A DNA stretch of 63,853 bases, the filler included, from Collodictyon triciliatum (taxonomy: Eukaryota), in NCBI GenBank assembly GCA_043381765.1. It is 43 parts of 43 records of this genome, joined end to end, with 100 filler letters (N's around TTAATTAATTAA, not from the genome) between each part and the next. Parts side by side here need not be neighbours in the genome. Positions count along the whole stretch, not along the records: positions 1 to 1,396 come from JBHJMP010011196.1; positions 1,497 to 2,892 come from JBHJMP010011197.1; positions 2,993 to 4,386 come from JBHJMP010011198.1; positions 4,487 to 5,880 come from JBHJMP010011199.1; positions 5,981 to 7,373 come from JBHJMP010011200.1; positions 7,474 to 8,865 come from JBHJMP010011201.1; positions 8,966 to 10,357 come from JBHJMP010011202.1; positions 10,458 to 11,848 come from JBHJMP010011203.1; 35 more parts are not named here. One strand, 5' to 3'. Positions 1-13,339 of the stretch are shown here, piece after piece. The translations under genes were made by a program, and so were the position numbers. A model generated the notes under the pieces. It saw nothing but the letters and a program-made list of their open reading frames with translations, had not been told where the DNA came from and searched no databases. Position 1 is the stretch's first letter. Each line of letters begins with the position of its first letter.

Positions 1-160
1 TATTTTAGTTTATTTTAGTTTATTTTAGTTTATTTTAGTTTATTTTAGTTTATTTTAGTTTATTTTAGTTTATTTTAGTTTATTTTAGTTTATTTTAGTT
101 TATTTTAGTTTATTTTAATTTATTTTAATTTAATTTTAGTTTATCTTAGTTTATTTTAAT
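1..160. repeat. (TATTTTAGTT)n tandem repeat decaying at its 3' end; most contigs end in such simple repeats
   Basis: Direct reading; other contig ends carry (AAT)n, (TTTG)n, (TATG)n, (CT)n, (CA)n, (AAAAG)n and similar. Confidence 0.95.
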
Positions 161-1396
161 TCAATTTAATTCAATTTTACTGTCCAAATTGTAAAGTGTG
201 TTGTATAATTAATGTTGATGTTTCTTTTAGGGGATATAAGTCCTGCACAGAGAAAAACTTTGCATTTGAGATGACGCTTTGCTGTCTTGGGCTTCAGAGA
301 CTGAATTTGAATTATCAGAGACTGGTCGATCAAAAGTAAAATATATGTGACACTAACTTCCTATGGCAAGATATGACAACCAAAATACGGATGTGACATT
401 ACAACGATGTGAATTATAATGCAACGGGTATATTCCTAATATTGACTAAACCAACAGGTCAATCACCGCTTTGGAGGACCTTGTTGAGCTTCACAATTTC
501 AATTTGGTATTCGACCATGTATATGCAGAACAAGTGCACATATGACAACTATTTTTCAACCCACAACATATGTTTATCTGCGTAAATCGCTGCTTGGTTC
601 CGATGAATATACACACATACACACAAACATACACACAAAGTACTTTTATTTATCATCACAAATTCCATCCCTAACTAAGGAAATAAAACAAACAAAATAT
701 TTATTCAGCTCATTTGGTTGTAACGAAGCGTGCCGAAAAAAACTGCTTAGTCTTTCCGAGTGCCATGCGGCTGGCTTTTTCGCTTCTTTTTTTCTTCGTG
801 CTTTGTTTGGTTTTGATTTGTTTTCTTTTATTCATGCAACCTGGACAGCCACTTTTATCCCATATTTTCTGAGAATAATCGAGAAAGTAGCTTGTGCGAT
901 TTTTTGTGGAGTTGTTGACGACGCTGTATATCGGTTTATCTTCTCGACTTCTCGGCCCACTCTGGGAAGGAGTCCAAGTCAATACCATACACTGCGACAC
1001 CCAGGGTGTACATGCACCCAGTAATAAGAAACATGCCGATGATGTTCAGAAAGAATCCAGTATATGCCATTTGGCGGATTGTCATTGTCCCTAATGTTTA
1101 TTTATAGTAAGAAAACACCATGAAATGAATGCAAAATATTGGCGTTTTGCATATTTATTTTGCCTTACATATATATTATATTTTGAGAAAAATATATATG
1201 TTTGAATTATTTGTAAACAAATCATGATTGAAGAAGAAGCATATTTTTAACCATATCTGCAAATACATCAACGCCCCTTATATCTCGGTGATATAATACG
1301 AGATAGGTACCTGTATTGTATGCGATTGCGTTGGGTCCGGTAGCGACGGGGAACATAAAAGCGTATGACGCTGTTATCGTGGACGGGACCATTAGA

Positions 1397-1496
1397 NNNN
1401 NNNNNNNNNNNNNNNNNNNNNNNNNNNNNNNNNNNNNNNNTTAATTAATTAANNNNNNNNNNNNNNNNNNNNNNNNNNNNNNNNNNNNNNNNNNNN
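1397..1496. other. Artificial contig spacer N44-TTAATTAATTAA-N44 (first of 42; recurs about every 1.49 kb, last core at 62418)
   Basis: Identical 100-nt unit with a palindromic core giving stops in all six frames; flanking contigs shrink from 1396 to 1380 bp. Confidence 0.99.
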
Positions 1497-2613
1497 GGCT
1501 GATATCGATGAAGCTCAGATTCACCAGGAGGGAGATGTTGGCTGGAAGCACGGAGATGTTTCTTCCCGTGAAATTCAGCGAGTGGAGCTGGATATATGCC
1601 TCGCTTGGTGTCCATCCCGGCTTTATAATTTCGTCTTCCTGTTTTTGTTTTGTATTTAGGATACTTTTCGTTATTTTATTATTTGTCTTTTTGTGTGTGC
1701 TTACGGGGTCGTAGAGCTGCAGCGCGCGGATGTGTTTGTAGTCCGCGTTTGATGTGTTGTTCCACACTGGAAGGGCTGTAATGCCACGCGGTGCTCTCTT
1801 TATGTTAATTCTTCCACCGTATTCGATGTAGAGCGTCCTCATATTTGTGAGCGATGTAAATTGTGGTGGAAGCTCCTCCATCTGCATGTATCGTTGTCAG
1901 TGACTTAATCTTTTCAACATAAATTAAACAGTAATAATAAATGAATAAAAACATACCGGGTTGGTGCGAACAATAAGAGCCGTGAGACCTGTCAAACACG
2001 ATATTTGTGGAGGCAGCGATGACAACTTATTCTTATCAACATTAAGTGCACTGAGACCAGTCAAACAAGATATTTGTGGAGGCAGCGATGACAACTGATT
2101 GTCAAGAACATTAATCCATTCGAGACCAGTCAAACACGATATTTGTGCTGGCAGCGACGACAACTGATTGTCACTAACACCAAGAGCCGTGAGACCAGTC
2201 AAACAAGATATTTGTGCAGGCAGCGATGACAACTGATTGCCACTAACACCAAGTTTTATGAGACCAGTCAAACAAGATATTTGTGGAGGCAGCGATGACA
2301 ACTGATTGCCACTAACACCAAGATCTGTGAGACCAGTCAAACACGATATTTGTGGAGGAAGCGATGACAACTGGTTGTCACTAACACCAAGCTCAATCAG
2401 ACCTGTCAAACATGATATTTGTGGAGGAAGCAACGGCAACTGATTGGTAAAAAGATGCAATCCTTTCAGACCAGTCAACAAAAAGACACCACGAGGAACA
2501 GATGTCAGTTTCTTGTAATTGAGGTCTAGACTCTCGGAGCTTTTTAAAGAGGCGATGTCGCGTTTCCCGGCGATCTCTCGGACCTCTTCTAAAAGCGCGG
2601 CCTCGTCGGCCAT
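1497..2613 (-). CDS. Leucine-rich-repeat protein, 5' part (exon 1 about 2613-1958, then a GTATGT intron, exon 2 from about 1881 to contig end)
   Basis: About 8 tandem 23-aa repeats LTGLxxLxVxxNQLSSLPPQISC; exon 2 continues MEELPPQFTSLTNMRTLYI and ISVLPANISLLVNLSFIDIS. Confidence 0.93.
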
Positions 2614-4270
2614 GCCGACAGAAGTGGGGCGGGGGCGGTTTGGGCGGGTTCTGGGGGTTGTGTGGACGGGTGGACTGGGTTGTGTTAGTGCACTGCAGTG
2701 TTTATTTGTTTTGCGACTGCACTTGACAAGTCACACAGACTGGCGTTGCTTGGGTGAGAGCAGTGCGGTTGTGCACACAGAGAATAGAATGCGCATTGCG
2801 AATGAGTGATGTGATAAGGTAGCGAGAAAGAAAGAGCGCAGGGCAGCAGCGATTTCGACGGGACGAAGGTTAAATATCCCACAAAGGCTGGCNNNNNNNN
2901 NNNNNNNNNNNNNNNNNNNNNNNNNNNNNNNNNNNNTTAATTAATTAANNNNNNNNNNNNNNNNNNNNNNNNNNNNNNNNNNNNNNNNNNNNTTTTTAAA
3001 AATAAAAAAAAAATAAATCATAGTCAAAGGCATCCGATGCAAACATCTGTAGCATTTTTTTTGTCAGAAATGTTATATAGGTTGAGTACACAAAGGTGTT
3101 TGGGTGTTTTAACAGAAAAATGGGGAACCTCTAAGTAATAATCACAGTATATACTCAAATATTGAAAGATTTAGATAATGACTGTTGTTTTTAAGAAGAA
3201 AGTATACACACTTTATCGAAATAAGAGTACAAAAATAAAAATAAATATAATATAATTACTGCAATTCATCCATCAACATACAGAATAACAAAGTAAAGCT
3301 GTAGTATTGTGTTTTATCCAGCGGAGTCATTACATGGGTCAACACGTTGGAGTCTGCAAGTGGATAATGAAAGAAAGGTTAGCAAAACAGTTATCAATAA
3401 AATACAGAATTAAATATATATGAAAAATATAATAATGATTAAGAAAATTGGATTGTAATATCATATAATTCCAACGATTCCATATAATCTGATTTAATGA
3501 TATCACAAAGAGAACTAATCGATTAAATAAAAGCGCTGCAAGAGAGCCAGATATGGTATTTTGCGTGATTCTACTGCCTTTCCCACTCAACGCTGCAATC
3601 GCTGCTTTGTCGCCTCTCTCGAATAAGCTAAATCTGAAAAAGTTCAATGAGACTTGGTGACTTCTATTGAGTCGTATAAAACAAGAGTGATGCAAAAAAT
3701 AATAAACTGAACAAGAATAGTCACGCTTTTCTCAGTTCCAAGACCTGTTGGTGGCAGTCGTTTGGTGTATCTGTCTCAACCAAATGGAAGAAGCATTCTC
3801 CGCAGACAGCCTGATTGTTTTTGGACTCTTGATGGCCACCTTTTTCCAGGCATCGACGTGTCAGCGAGATATCGGAATGACGAACAATAAGCTAGAAAGA
3901 AATGAAAGAAGAGAAAACGTGAATGTACAGATGAAGAGACACGAAGATATTTTCACTTACAGCAATAGCCTGTGGACATGACCATTGTCTTCTATTATGT
4001 GCTTGGGAGAAGTTCATACCTTTTTTTCGTACGCAAATCAAGGAAGGCGCTGCAAGCATAATCCATTTCGCTTTCAGTTTATCTAGCGTTTTTTAAGAAA
4101 GGAAATTCTATTGAGCATTTACCTTTTGTTTTCCTTTTCCAATATTTTTTTGGAATTATTTTGTTGTATTTTTTGGAATTGTTTTAGCGTGAGTATACAG
4201 CACCGCACAATAGGACTCCTTATTGATTTTAAAGATTTGCTTTTTGGTGGGTGAGCAGACTTTTCACAAA

Positions 4271-4386
4271 ATGAAAATACCCGTCTCAGCCAAAGTAATG
4301 GTTGACTCCCAAAAGAGACGCTCTACGAAGGACATCATCCACACGGAATCTGTCCCCAAAGCGATCGGCCCTTAAAGGCATTGTAT
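4271..4386 (+). pseudogene. RidA/YjgF-family N-terminal fragment, disrupted
   Basis: KDIIHTESVPKAIGP matches the RidA I.T..AP.AIGPYSQ motif; TAA at 4373-4375; restoring 5 nt would give P-Y-S-Q-G-I-V. Confidence 0.55.
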
Positions 4387-4496
4387 NNNNNNNNNNNNNN
4401 NNNNNNNNNNNNNNNNNNNNNNNNNNNNNNTTAATTAATTAANNNNNNNNNNNNNNNNNNNNNNNNNNNNNNNNNNNNNNNNNNNNCACACACACA

Positions 4497-4584
<88 letters not shown>

Positions 4585-4623
4585 TTTTTTTTTTTTTTGA
4601 CACGTAAGTATCAGTCATTTACT

Positions 4624-5645
4624 TCAATACAATCTTTCATTCGAAAATCCTGATTGGCGAACATGAGGCTCGTCTTTCGGGGCTGAGGCTTCTCGAACCG
4701 GATAAAAAGGTCTCGAATGACGAGACGGAAGCGGGTCTTCGTCAGGTATTGGGCCCTCTAAAGCATATTGAAGCAGCTTGTATGCTTGAGAGCGTCTCTC
4801 CAGAGCGAGTTTCCTGCGCAGCGTTTCCCGCTGTATCTCGCGGTCTTTTTCTTCCAAAGCCCTCTCCATGGAGTGGATATGTTCGTGAAGAATCTGTATT
4901 TCCCGCTGGGCTTCTGCCTCTGAGCGCGTTGCCCGGGTGGCGATGCGGCGATGATGCTCTGCTAACTCCTCAGCCCTTTGCAAGGTTTCCTTGGATATTG
5001 CCTTTGCTGACTCCAGCTCTGTGACGGATTCCTGCCTGAGTTGGGCCGTTATAAGTAGACGCAAAATCAATTTAAATACCCATTGAAATGAATTGTTATT
5101 ATCATTATCATTTTAAAAAAAAAAGGCCAATAAGTAAAGGTCTCATCCACTCCTCTATATTGCCCCAGTGCATCTATGATATTTTCATACTAAACTCACA
5201 GCACGGTTGCCTTTTGTTGGGCCTCTCTGAGTGCCTGCTGCTGCTGCAGGTGGATCTTTGAGAGCTGCTCATACTTGTCTTTCCACAGGTCGAGTTGAAA
5301 AGAGGCCGGGTGGAAAGAATCGCACTTGCCTGCGCCTCGGCCCACGCAAGGACGCTCCACAAGCAGAGGCTCCTTTGCCAGTTCGCATGGCTGAATCAGC
5401 CTTCGCAGGCGTTGGTAAGACTGAGCCACGGGTCTGATAAGCGCAAGCGCAAAAGTCTTTGTCTCGACGTCCAGCGCGCTGGTCTGGCAAACGCGACAGT
5501 CTGGGTGATCGGGGCGGAAGGCCGAGGCTAAAGACCGAATGGAAATCCCCAGCGAGGCCAACTCGGAGCGGATGGACGAGAGAAGCGTGCTCAAGTCTGG
5601 GGCGCTGCTGCAGTGGCAATGACTCTGCGGAGGTCTTTGGCTCAT
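4624..5645 (-). CDS. Hypothetical coiled-coil protein (at least 2 exons)
   Basis: Two GC-rich ORFs (5645-5196, 5070-4624) rich in E/Q/R/L heptads, separated by AT-rich intron-like sequence. Confidence 0.6.
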
Positions 5646-5980
5646 GCTTGGGCTCTGCCTGGCGTCTTTGTGCCGTGCTGTGTTTTTCGCAGGGAGGCTT
5701 TTACTTCTTAAAAACTCTTTATGTCTAGTTATTTGTTCTTTTTATGGTTTGATAGAGGGTTATTTCTATCTCTCTCTCATGGTTTGTTTGTTTGTTTGTT
5801 TGTTTGTTTGTTTGTTTGTTTGTTTGTTTGTTTGTTTGTTTGTTTGTTTGTTTGTTTGTTTGTTTGTTTGTTTGTTTGTTNNNNNNNNNNNNNNNNNNNN
5901 NNNNNNNNNNNNNNNNNNNNNNNNTTAATTAATTAANNNNNNNNNNNNNNNNNNNNNNNNNNNNNNNNNNNNNNNNNNNN

Positions 5981-7373
5981 TTGTTGCTCACTGTTTTGCA
6001 GATTCAAAGTTCCCGTTGAAGTAAAGTGACTCTGCGTTCAAAAAAATCCATCTTTTCGACCGTGAGTGGTCTTCTATGTGATTATCTACCTTCGATAGAG
6101 ATAGAAAGGCTTGACGAAAGAGCTGTGATAAATGCAGTTATTTGTATTAACAGAGTATAATATGACTTGATATGATCGAAGTAATGATAAGCAGTATTTT
6201 CCCTCCTTTTCTTTTCTTTCCTTTATTATCTGTTTTCAAATAGAAGGAAGAAGGAGGGCGGTGAAGGTAAGTGGCTTTTAAGCGACATATCACTTATTAT
6301 TATTATTTTTTTTAAAAAAAATTGCATTAGATACCCGTATGGCATCAGTAAACCCACACCACTGAAAGGCAGTCTCAGCAGCGATACTCATGTAGTCTAT
6401 TACCATATTACATAGTGTAAAAATGATAATAACATTATATCTTTTGCAACTTATGCGTTATGGGGGAGGGAGGGACAAAACTTAAGAGCATAAGAGTGAA
6501 TCAAATATTGATCTAAACAAATGAAAGGAAGTAATTCAGGGTGCAAACGTGCAGCCCTCTCATGAAATCCTCCTGCTGAATAATGATATCCCAGTTTTTC
6601 TGGCATTCTTTTGGGTGAATTCTTCATCTTAGACTCGTATTGAAGCACCACCTTTTCATGGTATTTTTTCCTTACGTAATCAGGAATCATGTTATCTATT
6701 TTGAAAATGCATGTTAGCAGATAAAAATCAGGGCTTTTAAAATATGTGATTCATCCTAGCCAAATATATTTTTTTAATCAAGTATGCTACGATAGTGCAA
6801 ATTAGTGATGAAGACTTACATATAGAATCTCTAGTGACAGAATTTTGGAACCGGAAAACATCATCCCTAGCAACTTTATGCAGAAACGAAAAAAGAGCAT
6901 TTTGATGGAGAAGTTCGGATATTTCCTCGGAAGATGCTTCCATCAGATTTGATAGATCTTCCAAATGGAAAACAAGACCGTACGCGCTAGAAATATCATA
7001 ACGCAACACATGAGGATACATGATGAGAAACACCTCAGATTTGGTTTATAAAAAAAATGATGCGTGAGCCAGAATTTGAAAGCCTTACAGTATTGAAGTA
7101 CACAGAAACGTAAACATAAATCAGCATTCAAACCTGGCTGCTTGTATTACTTCGCATGTCCTAGCATCTAATTCTTTAATTTTCCTGGAAATCTGTTTCA
7201 TATAAAATTTTAGAGAAACAATTATTACAAGGAGAGCACCCCGTTGCATCTTACCAAAGTGTCCATGTTTGTTGAAATCAGGGTAGGATATTGAACATTG
7301 GGGTTCATCTTGACTAGACCACTATCCACCGTCAATGCTTTAAGAGACAGAAGTTCTTGACAATATTCTATGA
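5981..7373 (-). CDS. STAND NTPase of soluble adenylyl cyclase (ADCY10)/AAA-TPR type, internal multi-exon fragment
   Basis: Spliced: ISRKIKELDARTCEVIQAAS|AYGLVFHLEDL..FRFQNSVTRDS..MIPDYVRKKYHEKV..EKLGYHYSAGG, matching the family pattern RIDRL..ASVIG..F..F.H..RD..R..LH..LA.HY..AG. Confidence 0.72.
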
Positions 7374-7473
7374 NNNNNNNNNNNNNNNNNNNNNNNNNNN
7401 NNNNNNNNNNNNNNNNNTTAATTAATTAANNNNNNNNNNNNNNNNNNNNNNNNNNNNNNNNNNNNNNNNNNNN

Positions 7474-7630
7474 GCTCCAGTTTCAAAATCAAAGAAATGT
7501 TGCAATCTGCTTCCAAGTACAACGTCAGTGCTTGGATTGGAGTTCTGCCCATCCAAAACATCAATACTGCCCTCGAGCGCGTTCGTGCTGGTGGTGTCCG
7601 CTACCGCTTCGTCCTGGAAAACAAGTTTGA
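7474..7630 (+). CDS. Cinnamyl-alcohol-dehydrogenase-type Zn/NADP alcohol dehydrogenase, C-terminal end (frame stays open to 7838)
   Basis: IKEMLQSASKYNVSAWIGVLPIQNINTALERVRAGGVRYRFVL is the typical CAD/Adh6 C-terminus. Confidence 0.85.
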
Positions 7631-9112
7631 CCAAGCAACATCCCACCGCAGTCTTGCATTCTACACTGGCAGCCCATTTCTTTTCGACCCTATGAACTTA
7701 GACCATGATAAATACTTCTTTCGTGCCATGCTTCATCAGTGTGATGGTCTCTCACAATCTAAAATGGAATCCCTTAGCGGGTCTGATATACACAAAAATG
7801 AAAACCCCTTCACCGCTACCACAAACCGTTATGTCTGATTGGATATGATAGCCTGCCTTCTAGAAAATATGGTTTTGTTCGTTTGCTTGTCTTTTTTCTA
7901 TCTGTATGCATCTACCATGACGATTTTCTCCACATATTTTGTTTGATTACATACACAATTTGCTTGTGTTATTGTTACATAAACTAGGTATATTTTCTTT
8001 TAACGCAAAAAAAAAGGGAAAAAAAAAAAAGGAAAAAAAGGATAAAAGGAGTAAGCGACATAAATATTATCAATCAATTCTAGCAAACAAGATAGCATAG
8101 TGGTATAGCTTTTATATCGATACGAGAAGAGATAAACCATAGAATCAAGGGGAAAGTATTCAAATACACCAGAATTACCCCATTACATCCCACCTTTATT
8201 TTTTCTAGTTGCATTTATGATGCTGGATAAAAGTAGACAATAATCACGAAGAGCTTCCACTTTCCTATTCATTAAATAGTCTTACTTTCTCATCCAAGCA
8301 CGAAGTCGCTAGTTGAGGGTGAAGTGGGTGGAATGCAACATCAGTGACTGTGTCCGTGTACCTCACTATTTTATGTAAGACTGTTCCTTTGCGAAGGTCG
8401 TGCAATTATGCAAACTATATGAATACGCATCGGATTTTAGTCAGCAGCAGCCATTACTTCATATCAACCACACATTGTTGCTTTGCAAATTATAATTTTC
8501 ATAGAAGAGACTCTAGTATATCATAATTTTTTGTTGATGTATTAATAAACTAATTAACCAGAAGAATAAAAGTTAATTTGGCTCGCAATCTATATTTTTA
8601 AATTCAACAAACTTTGTCTTCTAATCCACAAGCCAAAAATTGTAAACAAAGGGTTGTATGATATACCAAGTTCATGAATGCGGTTATATGCCCCTCAAAC
8701 CTCCGAACAAACCTGGGCATTGTATTTGTGTGGAAAAAAAAAGTAAAAGTATGGAAATGAAACTCTAAATAATAATAATAACAATAATAATAACAATAAT
8801 AATAACAATAATAATAACAATAATAATAACAATAATAATAACAATAATAATAACAATAATAATAANNNNNNNNNNNNNNNNNNNNNNNNNNNNNNNNNNN
8901 NNNNNNNNNTTAATTAATTAANNNNNNNNNNNNNNNNNNNNNNNNNNNNNNNNNNNNNNNNNNNNCAAAAAACAAAAAACAAAAAACAAAAAACAAAAAA
9001 CAAAAAACAAAAAACAAAAAACAAAAAACAAAAAACAAAAAACAAAAAACAAAAAACAAGAAAAAAAAGAAAATGAAGCTTACCATATCCATATTTTTTT
9101 TTTATATTTAAG

Positions 9113-10206
9113 ATTCGCTATTTTCTCAGGCCTCTCTGCATACACCTTTTTACATGATTGAAGTAATGAAGCGAGAAGATTTTGAAATTCTCATTGGAGA
9201 AATTTTTTCGAAGCGCATGAAAAAGTTCAAAATATTTATAGAACCCACAGAAGGTTTGCCCAGCCCCAGCCCCAGCCCCAGCCCCAATCCCCTTATCTTT
9301 TTATATGATAATCCTACCATTAATCCTCGTATTTATCCAACCTTATATAGCTCATAAATAAATGCTTTTTATTGGCACGTGAACAATCCCAAAAAAAATA
9401 TGCAATTTTCGCATTTATTTTATCTTGTTAATAGATTTGCACGCATTCTTTTGCCAATACGTCCCATTAAGCAAGGTTTCCGGGAAAACATTACAAGACA
9501 TTGGATTACTAGTTGACCAAACATTGGATATGAGACTCATTCGTATTCCGTTACGTGCTTGTTTTTCTGTAGTTAAAGGTATTTTGGAATCAAGACTAAA
9601 AATTAAGGTTTACAAAATTTACTGCAGAACAAGCGAATATTTGCTTTCTGTGCTATCTGACCAGGATTGGGACGACGTAAAGCCAACTACATGATTGCCT
9701 ACAAATAGATGATACTCTGCCAACAATACATTTTTATATAATTAATCTCACTAAAGTGAGAATTAGATAACACTATTGTTGTTGACGTCTGGATGCAGCA
9801 AACTTTCCAATAATAAATCTTCCACATCTCCTTTTCAGATTACTGCAGAGTTATTCCAAGTCGCGCGCTACCATCTTGTGGACCACCTCGACCATTCTTT
9901 ATTTCCATTTGAATCGACATCCCCACCAGCTTTGAGCGAAAAAATAATGACAATACGAGGTTTTAAAATTACTTTCCTTCATATATGGTCATATATATCT
10001 TTGTGTCATCGGTCGCAATCTGCATATTTCTTTGATTTATGTATTTGTCTAAAAAAATAATGTAATATTAGGTCCTCATCCAACTCTTGTCGTCGTTGGG
10101 GAACAGATTACTAAGAGGGATTCATAGCAAAACAAGAATGCCCTTTGACGTGATAGGCGGTCCCCTTGTAGTCCTTTATCCCATCAAAAAAGAAGCAAAA
10201 AAATAA
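9113..10206 (+). CDS. Hypothetical multi-exon protein, 3' part
   Basis: Open exons bounded by AG/GT (about 9113-9253, 9435-9578, 9839 onward, 10072-10206); no family recognised. Confidence 0.45.
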
Positions 10207-10457
10207 ATAAGAGCCTCAGCCGAAGTAAAAGAATAAAGCAACGTATAAAATAACGTAGAAAAGAATAAAGAAAAAGAATAAAGAAAAAGAATAAAGAAAA
10301 AGAATAAAGAAAAAGAATAAAGAAAAAGAATAAAGAAAAAGAATAAAGAAAAAGAATNNNNNNNNNNNNNNNNNNNNNNNNNNNNNNNNNNNNNNNNNNN
10401 NTTAATTAATTAANNNNNNNNNNNNNNNNNNNNNNNNNNNNNNNNNNNNNNNNNNNN

Positions 10458-10552
<95 letters not shown>

Positions 10553-10565
10553 GACTGTTAGTGAC

Positions 10566-11401
10566 CTGTCTTTGAACCGTCAATGGAGTAAACAATGAGG
10601 CCGAATGTGCTTTCAATTTTTTTGGCAGCTCTCACAATCGCCTTCGTTGCTGCCCCGCGTATCGTCGTCTTTGGCTTGATTATCTTTTCCACAACATCTT
10701 GGCGCCTTATGATTTGCTTTGTGCGGTCGAGATAAAGCATATACCGCGCAACATCTCGGGATAATGACTCGATGAGCTTCAGTGAATAGTGACATTAATT
10801 ATTTCATTTTGAATTGTATCAAGCAATAGATGGTCCGAAAAAAAAAAGAAAAGAAGGAAAAAATCAAAAGAAAAGGTAAAAGAAAAGGTAGAAAAGGTAT
10901 ATAGCTCAAAATGGAGTATGTTGATCGAATACAGGAGATAGGGGAAAGAGGGGGCGTATGGCGTGAGTAGGATTTGTAAAATGTTCATTAATTACTGACC
11001 TCTTCTGTAATTTGGCCGGGTTGAGAACTTTGTGGCTGTGAATAGATGAGAAACAAGTAAATCACAATGACATATTATAAACCCATATTAATTATTATCA
11101 CAATCATAACCATTGTCATTATCATAAACACAAAACAACAATAAACACAGCCATAATAATAAGCATTATAGTAACAATTATAATGATAATAAATATGTTT
11201 TAATACTATGAGGGGGATTATGAACAGAGCTGAACTGAAAAGGGAAAAGGAAAAGGCAACAAAGGCAAAAGTATCGTTTCTTTGTTCGATCTTATGTTGA
11301 TACCCTGACACATAAACATTTTGATGGGATGCTTATCACAACGATCCAACCTGCGACTGTTCCTGGCTGGCAGTCACGCGAGACTTTTTAGCTTGGCTCA
11401 T
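10566..11401 (-). CDS. NSE3: Nse3/MAGE-domain protein (SMC5/6 subunit), 5' part; exons 11401-11351, 11035-11000, 10776-10566
   Basis: MSQAKKSR..|PQSSQPGQITEE|LIESLSRDVARYMLYLDRTKQIIRRQDVVEKII..AAKKIESTFGL fits the MAGE winged-helix A pattern (PIKR.DI..L..FG). Confidence 0.75.
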
Positions 11402-11948
11402 TCTCAAGGTACGTTTGAAGAATAAATAAAAAAAAAATAAAAAAAAAAAGATTAAAAATGGAAGAGGTTGTTCCTCCTAGAGTTATGTCTTCACATCATT
11501 TGTTGTTGTGTATGGCTTTGTTTATACATCCTTGAACGTGACATCTCCGCGGGTCGAGTATGTCAGACCGCTTCCGTCGGGCGGCTGATTCGATGGCGTG
11601 ATTGCCGTCCACCACGATTTGCTGGGCGATTATGAAATGTTGTCTTTGAGTCGAACAGGCTGGGTTTCTACCGAGGGCACAACAGCGAATGGCTGGGTGG
11701 TGGGTGATGCGTTCAAATCCGCATGCACACAGACGTTTGTCAAGAGAGCAGAGGAAAGAAGAAAGAAGAAAGAAGAAAGAAGAAAGAAGAAAGAAGAAAG
11801 AAGAAAGAAGAAAGAAGAAAGAAGAAAGAAGAAAGAAGAAAGAAGAAANNNNNNNNNNNNNNNNNNNNNNNNNNNNNNNNNNNNNNNNNNNNTTAATTAA
11901 TTAANNNNNNNNNNNNNNNNNNNNNNNNNNNNNNNNNNNNNNNNNNNN

Positions 11949-13339
11949 AAAAACTGTGAGCACTTGACCCTGAAGCTAGTTGCCTGTTGAAAGAAAATAC
12001 ATCGGACAGACTGTTCTGATCATCATGTAATATTTTCGTCATAACTAATGATACATAACCTGAGCTTTGAATTATGTCATCTGATGTGGGTATCTTCGAA
12101 AATGACTTTTCAGTATTCCGAAACAGCTTAATCGATATATCTTTCGCTTTTGGCGTTAAAACTCTTTGATAGCTATTAATTGAGCTCATATACTCTTTTT
12201 CCTCGATAAATTGATCTATTAAACAACAAAATGTGAATATTTAATATTTTAAAAAGGATAGCATATTGAATGGTAGAAACTGAACGCATTTTCTTTATTT
12301 AAATCATACCTATGCAAGATAAGATTGTAGAGGCTGAATATATCATACCGTAGGCATCACTTGATTTTGTTATGACATCATAACTTGTCATTATTTTTAA
12401 TAAAGAATCATCTATTGAATTCGGTTTTGCTGAAATTACTGTGATAAACTGTTCACCAAATGCTCCATGTATGTTAAAAGCTTTGACATAAACTCTTATA
12501 TCTCCAATAGGGAGAATAGTTTGGATGCGGCTCTCTCCTGAAGAAGACAAAAGGATGCGATCTTTCGGGTCTTTAACTGTGGAGTAGCTGAACTCATATT
12601 TAAATGGCTGTGACTGGGGACTTCCTTCCCAACCAAACGTAGATAGTGTATATTGTGTTTCCAAAGCAGTGCCATTCGGAGGTTCAGATAGAACGATTCC
12701 GCGCAAGGGTGGAAGAACTGTCTCGACAGTTATTTCTGTAAACCCGAATATTTTTTTCGCAGAAGAAACTGTAGATGCATTTATAGATATTTTGTATTTT
12801 AAGCCTCCAAAGAATATTCCAGGTAGAAAAGTTATGACATTTCTCATTCTCGAGAACAAAATTTCCGATGAATCTTCGATCAGTTGACCATTTATGAGCC
12901 ACACGTAATAAAGTTGCTTATTTCCCGGATTAGTGGGATAGACTCTAATTTCAAGTGCTCTTGATGGATTCATACTTGAATTGTCAATATTTGTAACCGA
13001 GGCCAATGATATAACTTCTCTATTAACTATACGAATCCAAAACTGCTTGCTAAAGGTTCTTGAATCTTTCATTACGTACAAGATAAATTTGTGAATCCCT
13101 TCATCAAAAGTTTCGGGAAGTAACTCGAGTACATTACTAACATGAGACAAGGAATCGCATATATTGGATGAATATGCGGGACAACACCACTTGTAAGTCA
13201 CAAGAGTGTTGCTTTCGGATGGATCAAAAACATAAGCAATAATACTGTGATTTTGAAAAACACCAACATCCTGGTTAGCTCCCACCAACTGAATTGACAA
13301 GGGACCTGGCCTTATAGAAACATCAAATTTGACCTGACT
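11949..13339 (-). CDS. REJ (receptor for egg jelly)/PKD1-like domain protein, internal fragment
   Basis: PPLRGIVLSEPPNGTALETQYTLSTFGWEG..PFKYEFSY and ILPIGD..VYVKAFNIHGA match REJ motifs PP.GG...P..G.AL.T.F....GW...PL.Y.F. Confidence 0.85.

Noticed and set aside
1-120. (TATTTTAGTT)n as a telomere
   Set aside because: No G-rich strand, decays into intron-like sequence, and is one of many different contig-end repeats
1441-1452. Regularly spaced TTAATTAATTAA as a CRISPR-like or biological repeat
   Set aside because: Always embedded in exactly 44+44 N; it is a synthetic six-frame stop linker
4373-4375. TAA at the conserved Tyr of RidA GPYSQ as evidence of stop-codon reassignment
   Set aside because: The following codons do not give SQ in frame and a 5-nt deletion explains it; conserved exons elsewhere have no in-frame stops, and TAA/TAG end genes at 35418 and 45613
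5644-5936. Low-complexity ORFs in the track (FVCL, poly-I, poly-Y, KKQKT, ORFs ending XXX-LIN)
   Set aside because: Translations of microsatellites and spacers, not genes
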